The notes under the pieces were generated by a model, which saw only the letters and a list, made by a program, of their open reading frames with translations, searched no databases and was not told where the DNA came from. This document shows, one piece after another, positions 40,720 to 51,525 of a stretch of DNA of 59,483 bases (positions are counted from its first letter, which is position 1; each line of letters starts with the position of its first letter). The position numbers were made by a program, and so were the translations under genes. The stretch comes from Alphaproteobacteria bacterium (GTDB taxonomy: Bacteria > Pseudomonadota > Alphaproteobacteria > RS24): assembly GCA_965656805.1 (NCBI GenBank), contig CBFHLW010000001.1:1-59483 (forward strand). The letters are read 5' to 3'.

Positions 40720-42195
40720 TCACTCGTGCTTTACCAAAGGAAGGGTCACAACCAAAATGCCCTTTTGACCCAATTCCATTCGATCTAGCTCACGCCCCAT
40801 ATGATCAAAGACAACCGACACGCCTGTATTGGCCGCTCGAATAAGAGGCCGTCCCGTCTCAATCGCACGCAGACGCGCTTGCGCCATATGTTGATAAGGC
40901 CCTGCGGATTTCCCGAACCAAGCATCATTGGTTAGATTGAGCAAGACATCAACCTTTGTCGCCGCCTGGCTCTTCAGGGGAAAAATAGCCTCATAGCAAA
41001 TTAACGGCATAAATTTTATTCCCAAACCAGAAACCAAAACAGACTCCGATGTCCCCGGCATAAACCCACCGCGTTGTCGTGTTAATTGCTGAAACCCCAA
41101 CCGCTCCAAAAGCTCTTGAAAAGGAAGGTACTCGCCGAAAGGGACAAGATGCTTTTTATCACTCACATCGAGAAGGCGGCCAGCACCCGACCATAGTTGC
41201 GCAGAGTTATAATAATCATATAAAGACGCGTCATCGTCATCCGCTTCAATTGTTTTTTGTCGACGAATAGCCCCCGTTACCAGCACGCTGGTCTCGGGCA
41301 TAATGCCTCTCAGTAAACGACCAAAATTCGGGTCCTCATCAATCAAATAGGGAACAGCCGTCTCCGGCCAAATAATATAATTGGCTTCTTTCTGAACGGC
41401 TTGAGCCGTTAAAGCTAATAACTCCTGTAGGGTTTCTTGGCGATCCTGCTGTCGTAATTTACGTTCCTGCTCAACATGAGGCTGAACAATTGCTATTTTT
41501 AAACTTTGCTCAATTTCAGGCTCTTTTTCCAGTCGCCAGAAACCAAAGCTGGTCGCAATCATCAGCACGCCTAACGATATAATGATTGCTTGCATGCGAC
41601 GACCCTGCGCCCACAAACTTGCTGGAACAATCAGCCACAAAAGGACGATAAAACTTAATCCATAAAACCCGGACCAAACAATATTTTGTGATAACCACAA
41701 CCAGCCCCCCCACGTCATTGCGATATTGTTCCATGGAAGTCCTGTTAAAACGGTGCCTCTAGCAAATTCGCCAAATGCTATAAGTGCCGCCAAGCAAATG
41801 GCATTGAGCCAATGTTTATTTCGACCTATTTTTTCTCTTAGGCCAAACCAAATCGCACTCGGAAGCGCGATAAAAATGGCCAAAAAAGCGGGGAAGGCAA
41901 ATAAAGCAAATGGCACAAGCCACCAAAATGTCTCAGCCTCGACCAGAACCGCATTGCTAATCCAGTAAAGACCAAAAACAAATTGTCCAAAACCAAACCA
42001 CCACCCTGTGCTTATAGCACTGCGCCATGTTTGGGAGCGCAGAAGATGCCTCCAAAAAACATAGTAACTAAAGCAAGCAATGGGCAAAAAGTTTAGCGGA
42101 GCAAATGCAAACGGTAAGATCGCCCCAGATGCAAAAACCGCATAGCGTGGATTATGATAGAAAAATGATTTAATTTGCCGATACAAGATTGGCAT
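40720..42195 (-). CDS. lnt: Apolipoprotein N-acyltransferase
   Basis: 491 aa. Polytopic N-terminus plus a C-terminal nitrilase-like domain (PFGEYLP, ICYEAIFP, NDAWFG). Confidence 0.9.
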   Translation of the reverse strand: MPILYRQIKSFFYHNPRYAVFASGAILPFAFAPLNFLPIACFSYYVFWRHLLRSQTWRSAISTGWWFGFGQFVFGLYWISNAVLVEAETFWWLVPFALFAFPAFLAIFIALPSAIWFGLREKIGRNKHWLNAICLAALIAFGEFARGTVLTGLPWNNIAMTWGGWLWLSQNIVWSGFYGLSFIVLLWLIVPASLWAQGRRMQAIIISLGVLMIATSFGFWRLEKEPEIEQSLKIAIVQPHVEQERKLRQQDRQETLQELLALTAQAVQKEANYIIWPETAVPYLIDEDPNFGRLLRGIMPETSVLVTGAIRRQKTIEADDDDASLYDYYNSAQLWSGAGRLLDVSDKKHLVPFGEYLPFQELLERLGFQQLTRQRGGFMPGTSESVLVSGLGIKFMPLICYEAIFPLKSQAATKVDVLLNLTNDAWFGKSAGPYQHMAQARLRAIETGRPLIRAANTGVSVVFDHMGRELDRMELGQKGILVVTLPLVKHE

Positions 42196-43075
42196 CCTCG
42201 ATGAGGTGGATTTCTAACATTTTAATGCGCCTTGGGTCAGCTTCTCGAACCAGCATCTCCAATAATCGTTTATCAGCAAGATGGCAGTGCAAAATCTCGC
42301 CGCGTTGTGGAATGCGACCAGCGATCGTAAACGCCAAACCACCAATTGTATCGACATCCACAAAGTCAGTATCGGCCAAAGTAATCGATAACGCCTTCTC
42401 TAGCTCTTCTACCTCAAGTCGCGCATCGGCATGCCATTTGCCTGAACTATTTTGAACAATGACCGGATCGTCTAAACCATCATCATGTTCGTCTTCGATT
42501 TCACCGACGATCTCTTCAACCAGATCCTCAATTGTTAATAGGCCGTCTGTGCCACCATATTCATCAATGACAAGTGCCATATGCGTATGTGTTGCTTGCA
42601 TGCGCAAAAGAAGTTCGAGTGCGGGCATTGATGGCGGCGCAAACAAAACATTACGGATCACAGATTTAAGCTCAAATTCAGACGCACCCGTGCGCGAAAA
42701 AGGCAATATATCCTTAATGTGCACCATACCAACGGGATTATCGAGCATCTCATTATAAACAGGTATTCGCGAATGCGCGCATTCAACAAATTGTTCGAGC
42801 AATTCATCGAAGCCAATATTATCTTCAACCGCCGTTATATCTGCCCGCGGCACCATAACATCCTCAACTCGCACATCACGAAACCCCAGCAAATTTCGGA
42901 TCATGTGATGCTCCTCATTGCTTAAGTCGCTTTCCCCTTCTGAAGCCTCAACCAACATATCATTGATACTCTCGCGCCAGTCTTGGTCTGCCAGACCAAA
43001 AACGCCTCGTATCTTGCTCCATAAATTGGGCAGAAAACCTAATTTATTTTGATTACTCTCTGCGTTCGCCATCAC
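42170..43075 (-). CDS. corC: CBS-pair / CorC_HlyC domain protein (CorC/TlyC-like)
   Basis: Contains VMVPRADI, VIDEYGGTDGLLTIEDLVEEIVGEIEDEHD and a C-terminal transporter-associated domain. Confidence 0.88.
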   Translation of the reverse strand: MMANAESNQNKLGFLPNLWSKIRGVFGLADQDWRESINDMLVEASEGESDLSNEEHHMIRNLLGFRDVRVEDVMVPRADITAVEDNIGFDELLEQFVECAHSRIPVYNEMLDNPVGMVHIKDILPFSRTGASEFELKSVIRNVLFAPPSMPALELLLRMQATHTHMALVIDEYGGTDGLLTIEDLVEEIVGEIEDEHDDGLDDPVIVQNSSGKWHADARLEVEELEKALSITLADTDFVDVDTIGGLAFTIAGRIPQRGEILHCHLADKRLLEMLVREADPRRIKMLEIHLIEDANLVSAN

Positions 43076-43605
43076 GCCTCCTCCAGGCTATAAGGATTAT
43101 CATAGCCGAGCTGTTGCATAAGCGCGACCTCAAGCGTTTCCATAATTTCTGCATCGCCATCTTCGATATGATCGTGCCCCAATATGTGCAGAAGCCCGTG
43201 CGTTAGCAAATGTGCCAAATGAGCTTCAAACGATTTGCCCTGCTCATTCGCCTCGCGAGTTATGGTCTCGAATGCCAATATGATATCTCCTAATAAAAAT
43301 GGCCTTTGTGGCAAGCGCGCCATATCAATGGGGCCCTCTGATAATAAAGTAGGGAAACTTAACACATTGGTTGGCTTACTCTGATGACGATACTGCGCAT
43401 TTAATTCGGCAATTCGCCTGTCATGGGTGAGGACCACGCTCAATTCACCATAGTTAATCTCTAACAATTGAATGAGTTCTTGCAGCAAAGATAAAACAAA
43501 AGAGTTATGAGCTTGCCACGCTTCATGGTCCTGGGTTATCTCGACGGTCGCCGCAGGCAGTTTGTTTGAATGATCAGCACGCGGCCTGTCGGGATCCTTA
43601 GGCAT
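43072..43605 (-). CDS. ybeY: rRNA maturation endoribonuclease YbeY
   Basis: Zinc motif HLLTHGLLHILGHDH. Overlaps the corC start by 4 nt. Confidence 0.93.
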   Translation of the reverse strand: MPKDPDRPRADHSNKLPAATVEITQDHEAWQAHNSFVLSLLQELIQLLEINYGELSVVLTHDRRIAELNAQYRHQSKPTNVLSFPTLLSEGPIDMARLPQRPFLLGDIILAFETITREANEQGKSFEAHLAHLLTHGLLHILGHDHIEDGDAEIMETLEVALMQQLGYDNPYSLEEA

Positions 43606-43607
43606 AA

Positions 43608-44666
43608 TTACTGGTCATCCGCTGGTTTGTCATGGTCTGTACTTTTTTCACGATCAGACAGTCGCAGCCTTTGTCCGTCGCGCTTATTATATGCCTTAAC
43701 AATGCGTGTCACCATATCGTGGCGGACAACATCCTCCTCGGCAAACCGAATAATGGACACACCCGAAACAGACGGCAATATTTCCAAAGCATCCTTTAGG
43801 CCCGACTTTGCCCCAAACGGCAGGTCGACTTGTGTTGGGTCGCCCGTAATCGCCATGCGGCTGTTTTCGCCCATACGCGTTAGAAACATTTTCATCTGCA
43901 TAGGTGTCGCATTTTGCGCCTCATCGAGAATGACAAATGCGTTGCGCAACGTCCTTCCGCGCATAAAGGCCAGAGGTGCAATTTCAATTTCGCCAGACTC
44001 CAAACCGCGGGCAACTTGTGGCCCTGGCAACATATCATAAAGCGCATCATAAAGAGGGCGGAGATAGGGATCGACTTTATCGCGCATATCGCCGGGCAAA
44101 AACCCGAGCCGCTCCCCAGCTTCGACAGCTGGACGTGATAAAATAATGCGATCAATTAATCCATCTTGCAGCATGGCGGCTGCCGCTGCGACCGCCAAAT
44201 ATGTTTTACCCGTACCCGCAGGCCCTGTCCCAATAACCAATTCATCGGACAAAAGAGCTGAAATATAATCAGCTTGGTTTGGAGACCGAGGCAATAGCTC
44301 TCTTTTTTGAGTCTTAATCATAGGGCCAAATTCCCGGCGTTTTACTTTTTCGTCTTTTGCCGCGCTCATACGAATAGCTCCATCAACATCTCCAGAAACC
44401 AACTCAGCGCCGCCGCTTAGCCGCGCATAAAGCATTGTTAACACTTTTTCCGCGCGGTGGCAGTCAGCCTGATCGCCAGTTACGACAACCCGATTACCTC
44501 GATTGGCAATGCTTACACCTAATTTTTCTTCTATACGCAAGAGATTACGGCCCTGCGCACCGTATAGCTCAATGAGCAATGAATTGTCATCAAAGTCTAT
44601 GATCAGTGGCTTTGCATCACTTGCTTTAGGCTGCAACTTTTCTAACTCACTTCGGCTAGACCCCAC
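43608..44666 (-). CDS. phoH: PhoH-like ATPase (YbeZ)
   Basis: Contains Walker A GPAGTGKTYLAVA, FLPGDMRDKVDPYLRPLYDAL and ILDEAQN. GTG start. Confidence 0.92.
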   Translation of the reverse strand: MGSSRSELEKLQPKASDAKPLIIDFDDNSLLIELYGAQGRNLLRIEEKLGVSIANRGNRVVVTGDQADCHRAEKVLTMLYARLSGGAELVSGDVDGAIRMSAAKDEKVKRREFGPMIKTQKRELLPRSPNQADYISALLSDELVIGTGPAGTGKTYLAVAAAAAMLQDGLIDRIILSRPAVEAGERLGFLPGDMRDKVDPYLRPLYDALYDMLPGPQVARGLESGEIEIAPLAFMRGRTLRNAFVILDEAQNATPMQMKMFLTRMGENSRMAITGDPTQVDLPFGAKSGLKDALEILPSVSGVSIIRFAEEDVVRHDMVTRIVKAYNKRDGQRLRLSDREKSTDHDKPADDQ

Positions 44667-44790
44667 GCAGCGCCTCGCTATAATTGTTTTGCAAAGAATT
44701 TATTCCAACAAATATCATTACCAATAACTATCTCTATATTTGTTTAAAAAAACAAGGCTATCTTACCAATTGTCTATATATGTTTTTTGC

Positions 44791-46158
44791 TTAATCAAGC
44801 GCAACCGCGCTTAATGAATTTGCATGAGCGCCAGTCACACGAACAGTGACAAGCTCACCCAATGCTGTTTCGTTCATATAAACATGAACAGGCTGCAAAT
44901 AAGGACTGCGTCCAGTTATTTGTCCGTCTATTTTACTTTTACGCTCAAACAAAACGGGCAGTTCCCGGCCAATAAGGCTTTCGTTAAACTCCTTTTGTTG
45001 TTTGTTCAACAAATCTTGAAGCGCCGCCAAACGTTTGGACTTTACGTCCTCATCTACCTGTTCTTCTTCTGCTGCCGGCGTGCCTGGGCGGGGGGAGTAT
45101 TTAAAAGAGAAGGCCTGGGCGTATGTTACCTTAGCGACAAGCGCCATTGTCTGTTCAAAATCATCATCTGTCTCGCCAGGGAAACCAACAATAAAATCTG
45201 ACGACAAAGCCAAGTCGGGGCGCGCCAAACGAAATTGACTGACCAGATCCATATAATGCTCAGCGGTATGGTGGCGGTTCATTGCCTTTAAAATTTTATT
45301 CGAACCAGCTTGCACAGGCAAATGCAAGTAAGGCATTAATTTGGGTAAATTCCCATGCGCAGCGATTAAATATTCATCCATATCCTTTGGGTGCGATGTC
45401 GTGAAGCGTAAGCGCGCAAGGCCATCAATGTCAGACAAACGCTTTAGCAAAGCAGCAAGTCCTGCACCTGTTTCACGATCATACCAAGCATTTACATTTT
45501 GCCCCAGTAATGTAATTTCTTTCACACCCTGAGCCGCTAAAGTCTCGGCTTCCTGCACAATATCATGCGCAGCGCGGGAAACCTCTGCGCCGCGTGTGTA
45601 CGGCACAATGCAAAATGTACAAAATTTATCGCACCCTTCTTGAATGGTGACAAAGGCTGTCGGCGAGCGCGTAATCGGCTTACGCTCTTGCAACGGCAAA
45701 GCCTCAAATTTTTCTTCGGCGGAAAACTCGGTTCTGACAATGCGTGCCTTTTTGCCCGCAGCGCGCGTCTGCGCTAACTCATTCAACATATCTGGCAGAG
45801 CTTGATAAGTTTGCGGCCCAAACACCATATCGACACTTGGGGCCCGACGGATCATCTCATCACCCTCAGCTTGCGCCACACAACCAGCAACGCCAAATAT
45901 GAGATCCTGGTTTCTATCCTTTAAAGGTTTCAGTCGGCCTAATTCTGAATATACTTTTTCAGCAGCCTTTTCGCGGATATGGCATGTGTTTAAAATAATC
46001 ATATCGGCCGCCTCTGGCGTGTCGACAGAACGATAGCCCGCTGCCGCCATTGCCTCGGCCATGCGCTCGCTATCATAAACATTCATCTGACATCCGTAGG
46101 TTTTTATATAACAACCCTTAAGATTTTGTTTAGCTATCTGATCTTGTGTTTTTTCCAT
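44791..46158 (-). CDS. miaB: tRNA-i6A37 methylthiotransferase
   Basis: Contains the UPF0004 N-domain ([15 protein letters not shown]), the radical-SAM motif [16 protein letters not shown] and a TRAM C-terminus. Confidence 0.95.
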   Translation of the reverse strand: MEKTQDQIAKQNLKGCYIKTYGCQMNVYDSERMAEAMAAAGYRSVDTPEAADMIILNTCHIREKAAEKVYSELGRLKPLKDRNQDLIFGVAGCVAQAEGDEMIRRAPSVDMVFGPQTYQALPDMLNELAQTRAAGKKARIVRTEFSAEEKFEALPLQERKPITRSPTAFVTIQEGCDKFCTFCIVPYTRGAEVSRAAHDIVQEAETLAAQGVKEITLLGQNVNAWYDRETGAGLAALLKRLSDIDGLARLRFTTSHPKDMDEYLIAAHGNLPKLMPYLHLPVQAGSNKILKAMNRHHTAEHYMDLVSQFRLARPDLALSSDFIVGFPGETDDDFEQTMALVAKVTYAQAFSFKYSPRPGTPAAEEEQVDEDVKSKRLAALQDLLNKQQKEFNESLIGRELPVLFERKSKIDGQITGRSPYLQPVHVYMNETALGELVTVRVTGAHANSLSAVALD

Positions 46159-46167
46159 AGAATTGGC

Positions 46168-46956
46168 TTATCCATTTTCTGGCTTTGGAGCAAGCCCTTG
46201 CCTTATAATCTGCTCCATACCGTTTCTCACCAAAGACTCGCAATATAGCGCTAGCTCTTTGCGATGCACCGCTACATCCTGGCTGGGGACAGTATGGTAA
46301 TAGAGATCAATCTGGATTGAAGGCGAGGCCAGAACATAGAGTAAATGAGGGACAAGCTCTGTATCACCATACCATCCATAGGCCGAGCGCTGCCGACGTC
46401 CCATCGCCAGACCGGATTTGCGTGTATAAACCATGCTAACAGGTTGCACTGGATATTGCATTTGACCTTTATCAGGCATCACAGCTGCAAACAAAGCAGA
46501 CTTGAACGGCAGCACACGTAGCCCATCGCTGCTTGTACCTTCCGGGAAAAGGACTAAGCAATCGCCTTTCTCAAGTCGCGAACCAATGGACGTGTTTTGA
46601 GCACGCGCTTGGTGGCGGCGTGTGCGATCAATAAAGATTGTTCGGTGAAGCTTGGCCATTTGACCAAATAGAGGCCAGGATGAGATTTCAGCCTTTGCAA
46701 CAAAATGCACAGGGCGTTGTGCCCCTAAAACCAAAATATCCATCCAGCTAATATGGTTGCTGACAATTAATGTCTGGTCGGTTGGGTGATCGCCTTGCAA
46801 AACAACACTTACGCCAAAGAGCCAGAGCAAGGTTCGAAAATAATAGACTGGCAACCAGCGTGCGCCGAATGGAAAGACGAATAAAAAGATTAGCTGAAGA
46901 GGGGCCGCCACAATCGTGAGGCAAACAAAACACACCACTCGCAATAGCACTTTCAT
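46168..46956 (-). CDS. 1-acyl-sn-glycerol-3-phosphate acyltransferase family (PlsC-like)
   Basis: HX4D motif NHISWMDI and FPEGTSS, with an N-terminal TM segment. I prefer ATG 46956 to TTG 46962. Confidence 0.85.
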   Translation of the reverse strand: MKVLLRVVCFVCLTIVAAPLQLIFLFVFPFGARWLPVYYFRTLLWLFGVSVVLQGDHPTDQTLIVSNHISWMDILVLGAQRPVHFVAKAEISSWPLFGQMAKLHRTIFIDRTRRHQARAQNTSIGSRLEKGDCLVLFPEGTSSDGLRVLPFKSALFAAVMPDKGQMQYPVQPVSMVYTRKSGLAMGRRQRSAYGWYGDTELVPHLLYVLASPSIQIDLYYHTVPSQDVAVHRKELALYCESLVRNGMEQIIRQGLAPKPENG

Positions 46957-46995
46957 ACCCAACCCAACACCCTACCTATGACCTTCATTCAAAAG

Positions 46996-47454
46996 CTATT
47001 GTCCCTTTTTAATTGGAACGCCGTAAAGTTCTAGGCGATGATCAACGAGGCGATAGCCAAGCTTTTCTGCAATTTCTTGCTGCAGTCGCTCAATTTCCTC
47101 ATTGATAAATTCGATAACCTGCCCCGATTGAATATCAATCAAATGGTCATGATGACCTTCTGAAACGGGCTCATAGCGCGCGCGGCCATCACCAAATTCA
47201 TGGCGGGTTAAAATCCCTGCTTCTTCAAATAAGCGAACAGTTCGATAAACGGTCGCAATCGAAATCCCTGCGTCTTGTTCCGCCGCACGGCGGTGGACCT
47301 CTTCGACATCTGGGTGGTCATCGCTTTCAGCCAAAACGCGTGCAATAACGCGGCGTTGCTCCGTCATACGCATGCCCGCCTCTTGCGCCTTGCTCTCAAA
47401 GTCACCGATATTCTCGGCGTTTAGGCTCCGCGCATTTTCATTCTTATTACTCAT
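46996..47454 (-). CDS. fur: Fur-family metalloregulator (Fur/Mur type)
   Basis: Contains MRMTEQRRVIARVL...ISIATVYRTVRLFEEAGIL...GHHDHLIDI and has no CxxC pairs, as in alphaproteobacterial Fur/Mur. Confidence 0.88.
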   Translation of the reverse strand: MSNKNENARSLNAENIGDFESKAQEAGMRMTEQRRVIARVLAESDDHPDVEEVHRRAAEQDAGISIATVYRTVRLFEEAGILTRHEFGDGRARYEPVSEGHHDHLIDIQSGQVIEFINEEIERLQQEIAEKLGYRLVDHRLELYGVPIKKGQ

Positions 47455-47503
47455 TACTATCTATTACCCGTCGCCCTTCCAAGCACAGTTTAAACATATT
47501 GCA

Positions 47504-47920
47504 TCAATCAGAACAATCAAACTGCATTAAAATTGCGGTTTCTGTTCCATAATAATTTGGACGACATCCTGTCTCATGAAATCCTAATTTGATATAGAGC
47601 GCCCGCGCGGCGAGATTCGTCTCAGCCACTTCTAAATGAATATTTTGAACGTTCCGCCCTCGACACGCCTCAAGCGCAGTAACGAAAAGACGGCATCCAA
47701 GCCCTGAACGCCGCTTTTGCGGCACTGTGCACAGAGTTAGAATTTCAGCCTCATTGTGCACCGAACGGCACAAAATAAAGCCTTCATCTTCTTCATAAAA
47801 TCCAAAAACGTTTTGATCAGACAGTGTGTTTAGAAAACTCTGTTCAGACCATGGTCGATCAAAACACAAACTGTGTAATTGGGCACAGACCGTTGCGTGC
47901 GTTGGCATTAAGCTGTGCAT
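47504..47920 (-). CDS. rimI: GNAT acetyltransferase, RimI-like
   Basis: 138 aa. Acetyl-CoA motif QKRRSGLGCRLF and LEVAETNLAARALYIKLGF. It lies immediately downstream of tsaB, the conserved pairing. Confidence 0.8.
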   Translation of the reverse strand: MHSLMPTHATVCAQLHSLCFDRPWSEQSFLNTLSDQNVFGFYEEDEGFILCRSVHNEAEILTLCTVPQKRRSGLGCRLFVTALEACRGRNVQNIHLEVAETNLAARALYIKLGFHETGCRPNYYGTETAILMQFDCSD

Positions 47921-48646
47921 TTAATCTTGCGCAACGGCATGTGCTGGCCGTTTGCTCGGATCAGGAAGCGTAGCATCTGCGGCACGGAGATATATTGGTT
48001 CAGGTAAAACATGAGCTGACAAATCCGTCCAGTTTTGGGCACCAGCCATACTGGCAACATATCGTGCTTGTGGATACTCCGGAGCATCAGACCAATTGGC
48101 AAAAGGCGATTGATCAAGGACAAAAGATGCGCCGGTTCCAATAACTGCGAAGGGCTCACCTGGCAAATATTGGGCTAGTGCATCGCGCGCAATCACCAAT
48201 GGCGGTGTCAATCCAGCGCGCCCCTGAGGGTTTTGATCTTTCGAAAATAACTGGCAATAGAACTCATCGCGGCGCGCATCAATCGCCACAAGAACAGGCT
48301 TAGACGTTGTCTCAGCCTGCGCCATAGCCTGCATAGTGGATATACCCATAAGCGGCACATCCAAAGCAACGGCATATGCCCGACACGCCGCCAACCCCAA
48401 ACGCACACCCGTGAATGTGCCGGGACCTGTCGTAACAGCAAGCCGCGCAAGCTGGGCTGGCGCAATGCCAACCGCTTCCAACGTCTCAATAATCATAGGC
48501 ATTATTGCTTCGGCATGGCCACGTGCCATAGGTACGATTATTTCTTTCAGAAGTTCATCGCCCTTAGTTATGGCCACAGAACAGGCGCCTTGTGTCGTGT
48601 CACAGGCAAGCAGAAACGGGCCGGCCTTAGACAAGCTGACAGGCAT
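47921..48646 (-). CDS. tsaB: tRNA t6A biosynthesis protein TsaB (YeaZ)
   Basis: Contains LLACDTTQGACSVAI and VTTGPGTFTGVRLGLAACRAYA. Confidence 0.88.
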   Translation of the reverse strand: MPVSLSKAGPFLLACDTTQGACSVAITKGDELLKEIIVPMARGHAEAIMPMIIETLEAVGIAPAQLARLAVTTGPGTFTGVRLGLAACRAYAVALDVPLMGISTMQAMAQAETTSKPVLVAIDARRDEFYCQLFSKDQNPQGRAGLTPPLVIARDALAQYLPGEPFAVIGTGASFVLDQSPFANWSDAPEYPQARYVASMAGAQNWTDLSAHVLPEPIYLRAADATLPDPSKRPAHAVAQD

Positions 48647-49220
48647 CCAAAAACGCTAGGCGGGGACTGCGCTCAAAAACGGCCGTTTCATCGCCATGTC
48701 CAAGACAACAGATAAAATTGGTTTTAAATGCACCATCGGAAAAGAATTGATTATTCACACCCTCTTCATCAAAGCCAGAGAGGGGGCCAACATCCAGACC
48801 AAGCGCACGCGCAGCAATCATAAAATAAGCGCCTTGCAAAGTGCTGTTGCGTATCGCTGTCATAGCAGCAAGCTCAGGAACATGCGCAAACCAGTCGCGC
48901 GCGCCAGGGTTATGCGGAAATAATTCTGGAATTCGGTCATAGAATTTCGTGTCATAAGCAATAATTGCCGTCACCGGCGCTTGTCGCACTTTCTCTTGAT
49001 TTGTTTCAATCATGAGTGGTGCCAATTTTTCTTTTGCGGCTGGCGTGCGCACAAAAACAAGGCGCATAGGGGAGCAATTCGCGCTGGTTGGGCCCATTTT
49101 CATCAAATCATAAATAGCTTCAAGCTGATCATCGGTTACAGGTTTGTCATGCCATGCATTCTGCGAGCGCGCCTCACGAAAAAGTTGATCCAAGGCCTGA
49201 TCTGAAATTACTGATGTCAC
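48627..49220 (-). CDS. Nitroreductase-family protein, RutE/malonic semialdehyde reductase-like
   Basis: LDQLFREARSQNAWHDKPVTDDQL..LMKMGPTSANCSPMRLVFV...GLDVGPLSGFD aligns closely with my recollection of E. coli RutE. GTG start. Confidence 0.85.
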   Translation of the reverse strand: MTSVISDQALDQLFREARSQNAWHDKPVTDDQLEAIYDLMKMGPTSANCSPMRLVFVRTPAAKEKLAPLMIETNQEKVRQAPVTAIIAYDTKFYDRIPELFPHNPGARDWFAHVPELAAMTAIRNSTLQGAYFMIAARALGLDVGPLSGFDEEGVNNQFFSDGAFKTNFICCLGHGDETAVFERSPRLAFLDACQLV

Positions 49221-49261
49221 GTCTGACTCCTAAAACTCATTATAATATAAATAGTATAACC

Positions 49262-49813
49262 TTAGATAACGGCGCGAACCTCTAAGACCTCAGGCACATA
49301 ATGCCGCAATAGGTTCTCAATGCCTTGTTTTAAGGTCGCGGTTGCACTGGGGCAGCCCGCACAAGCACCGCGCATGTGAAGCGACACAACACCATCGGTG
49401 AAATCATGAAACACAATATCGCCACCGTCTTGCGCAACAGCAGGACGAATGCGCGTATTAATTAACTGTTTAATTGCTGATACCGTCGGGTCGTCTTGAC
49501 TGTCATCACTGGGCTGACTAAGCGCCTGCTCATTCATCACTGGCAAGCCTGCAACAAAATGATCCATAATGGCTGCTAACAAAGCTGGCTTAACATGCTG
49601 CCACTCGCCGTCTTTCTTGGTGACGGCAATAAAGTCAGAGCCCAAAAAAACGCCCTCGACGAGGCCCGTGCGAAATAAGCTTACGGCCAAAGGCGAGGCA
49701 CTGGCAGCATCTTCATTTGGAAAATCCATCGGCGCTTGTGTGCCCATGACCTCACGCCCTGGCATAAACTTTAATGTCGACGGATTTGGTGTTGCTTCAG
49801 TCTGTATGAACAT
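49262..49813 (-). CDS. NifU-like Fe-S cluster scaffold/carrier (Nfu)
   Basis: MFIQTEATPNPSTLKFMPG is an Nfu_N domain. The C-terminal NifU domain contains GACAGCPSATATLK (CxxC). Confidence 0.88.
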   Translation of the reverse strand: MFIQTEATPNPSTLKFMPGREVMGTQAPMDFPNEDAASASPLAVSLFRTGLVEGVFLGSDFIAVTKKDGEWQHVKPALLAAIMDHFVAGLPVMNEQALSQPSDDSQDDPTVSAIKQLINTRIRPAVAQDGGDIVFHDFTDGVVSLHMRGACAGCPSATATLKQGIENLLRHYVPEVLEVRAVI

Positions 49814-49893
49814 GAGAAACCCTTTCTGCTGCTCGCATCTTATTTTAAATATATCTCTAGATATATGCTCTTAATGCCAAAAGAAAAAGGCTA

Positions 49894-50370
49894 TTAGGTG
49901 AGAGCATCAATTTCTTCATCTGATAGACCGCCAGGAATAACGGTCACAGGAATTGGAAATTCCGTTTTACCCCGCGCCAGCGCTGAGACGAGAGGGCCAG
50001 GACCCGATGGGTCCGTGCCAGAGGCCAAGACAAGGGTCGAGATTGTAGAGTCCTCAGCAAGAAGCTCGCGGATAACTGTGACCGCCTGCCCCTCACGTAT
50101 ATGTTGTTCTGGCTTATCCCCACCTAGACCTTCAATTAAAACCGCCAATTCACGCAAAACCGCTTCAGCTTCAGCGCGCGCCTCTTCTTGAATGAGATTG
50201 CCAACTCCGAGCCAATGCGAATAATTTTCTTTATCCAAAATCAAAAGTAGCGTCACTTTCCCGCCGGTGCCATGCGCCCGTCGCGCTGCAAAATAAACCG
50301 CGGAATGGCTTTCGGGCGTCCCGTCAACAACAACCAGAAACTTGCGTTGTAAATGTTTATTTATGTCCAT
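49894..50370 (-). CDS. Universal stress protein family
   Basis: 158 aa. Contains KFLVVVDGTPES and a C-terminal VLASG...GPGPLVSALA...PVTVIP motif, giving a USP alpha/beta fold pattern. Confidence 0.8.
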   Translation of the reverse strand: MDINKHLQRKFLVVVDGTPESHSAVYFAARRAHGTGGKVTLLLILDKENYSHWLGVGNLIQEEARAEAEAVLRELAVLIEGLGGDKPEQHIREGQAVTVIRELLAEDSTISTLVLASGTDPSGPGPLVSALARGKTEFPIPVTVIPGGLSDEEIDALT

Positions 50371-50408
50371 AGTGCTATCGTGACACTACTGTCGCGAAGC
50401 GGCAAGCC

Positions 50409-51485
50409 TCATTTGCGGCGTGCACCCAAAAAACCAACTTTTTCTTTTATATCTGCCATTACTGGCGCTGCGACAGCGCGCGCACGCGCAGCGCCTTGGG
50501 CAAGAATATCATCTACATGCGCAGGATCAGCCATTAAACGCTGCATTTCACTTGTAATCGGTGCCATTTTCTCAATTAAGAGATCGGATAAGGCATTTTT
50601 AAGCGCTGAGAACTGCTGACCAGCAAAGCCATCAACGGCTTGAGACAAGGGAACCTCAGCAAGTGCAGCATAAATACCTAGGAGATTAGAAGCTTCAGGT
50701 CGCGCCTCAAGTCCCTCAATTGATACTGGTAACACGTCGGGGTCTGTCTTGGCTTTTTTAATTTTGCGCATAATCGTATCAGCATCATCAGATAGGGTAA
50801 TCCGCGACATATCCGAAACATCCGATTTTGACATTTTGGACGACCCATCCCGCAACGACATCACGCGTGTCGCGGGTCCCTGGATGAGGGGCTCTGGCAA
50901 AGGAAAATAGCCAGGGCCACCCTCGGCATGATCAAAATCATTATTAAATTTCTGCGCAATATCTCGGGCAAGTTCTAAATGTTGTTTTTGGTCATCGCCG
51001 ACCGGAACATGCGTGGCACGATACAAAAGAATATCTGCCGCCATTAAGTTTGGGTAAATATATAAGCCAACAGACGCGTTTTCTCTTTGCTTGCCTGCCT
51101 TTTCCTTAAATTGGGTCATGCGATTTAACCATCCCATGCGAGAAACGCAGTTTAAAACCCACGCAAGCTCGGCATGCTCAGAGACTTGGCTCTGATTAAA
51201 AATGACATGTTGCGACGGGTCGACCCCCGAGGCAATAAACGCCGCCGCCACTTCGCGCGTGTTACGCGCCAGCTCTTCGGGGTCTTGCCAAACAGTAATG
51301 GCATGAAGATCGACAACGCAATAAAAGCATTCATGTGTTTCTTGTAGGGCGACAAAATTACGAATAGCACCGAGGTAATTACCAAGATGTAAATTTCCAG
51401 TTGGCTGCACACCTGACAAAACACGCGGCACAGCAGTCGTGTCCTGTAATTTTGTAGTCGAACCATTGTTTGGGTGTGATGACAT
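50409..51485 (-). CDS. trpS: Tryptophan-tRNA ligase
   Basis: Contains [16 protein letters not shown] (HIGH region), KMSKS and [10 protein letters not shown] prefer ATG 51485 to the ORF-track start at 51512. Confidence 0.95.
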   Translation of the reverse strand: MSSHPNNGSTTKLQDTTAVPRVLSGVQPTGNLHLGNYLGAIRNFVALQETHECFYCVVDLHAITVWQDPEELARNTREVAAAFIASGVDPSQHVIFNQSQVSEHAELAWVLNCVSRMGWLNRMTQFKEKAGKQRENASVGLYIYPNLMAADILLYRATHVPVGDDQKQHLELARDIAQKFNNDFDHAEGGPGYFPLPEPLIQGPATRVMSLRDGSSKMSKSDVSDMSRITLSDDADTIMRKIKKAKTDPDVLPVSIEGLEARPEASNLLGIYAALAEVPLSQAVDGFAGQQFSALKNALSDLLIEKMAPITSEMQRLMADPAHVDDILAQGAARARAVAAPVMADIKEKVGFLGARRK

Positions 51486-51525
51486 ACTTACGCCTCCCTC
51501 AGTATCTGGCATTTATGACGAATTA

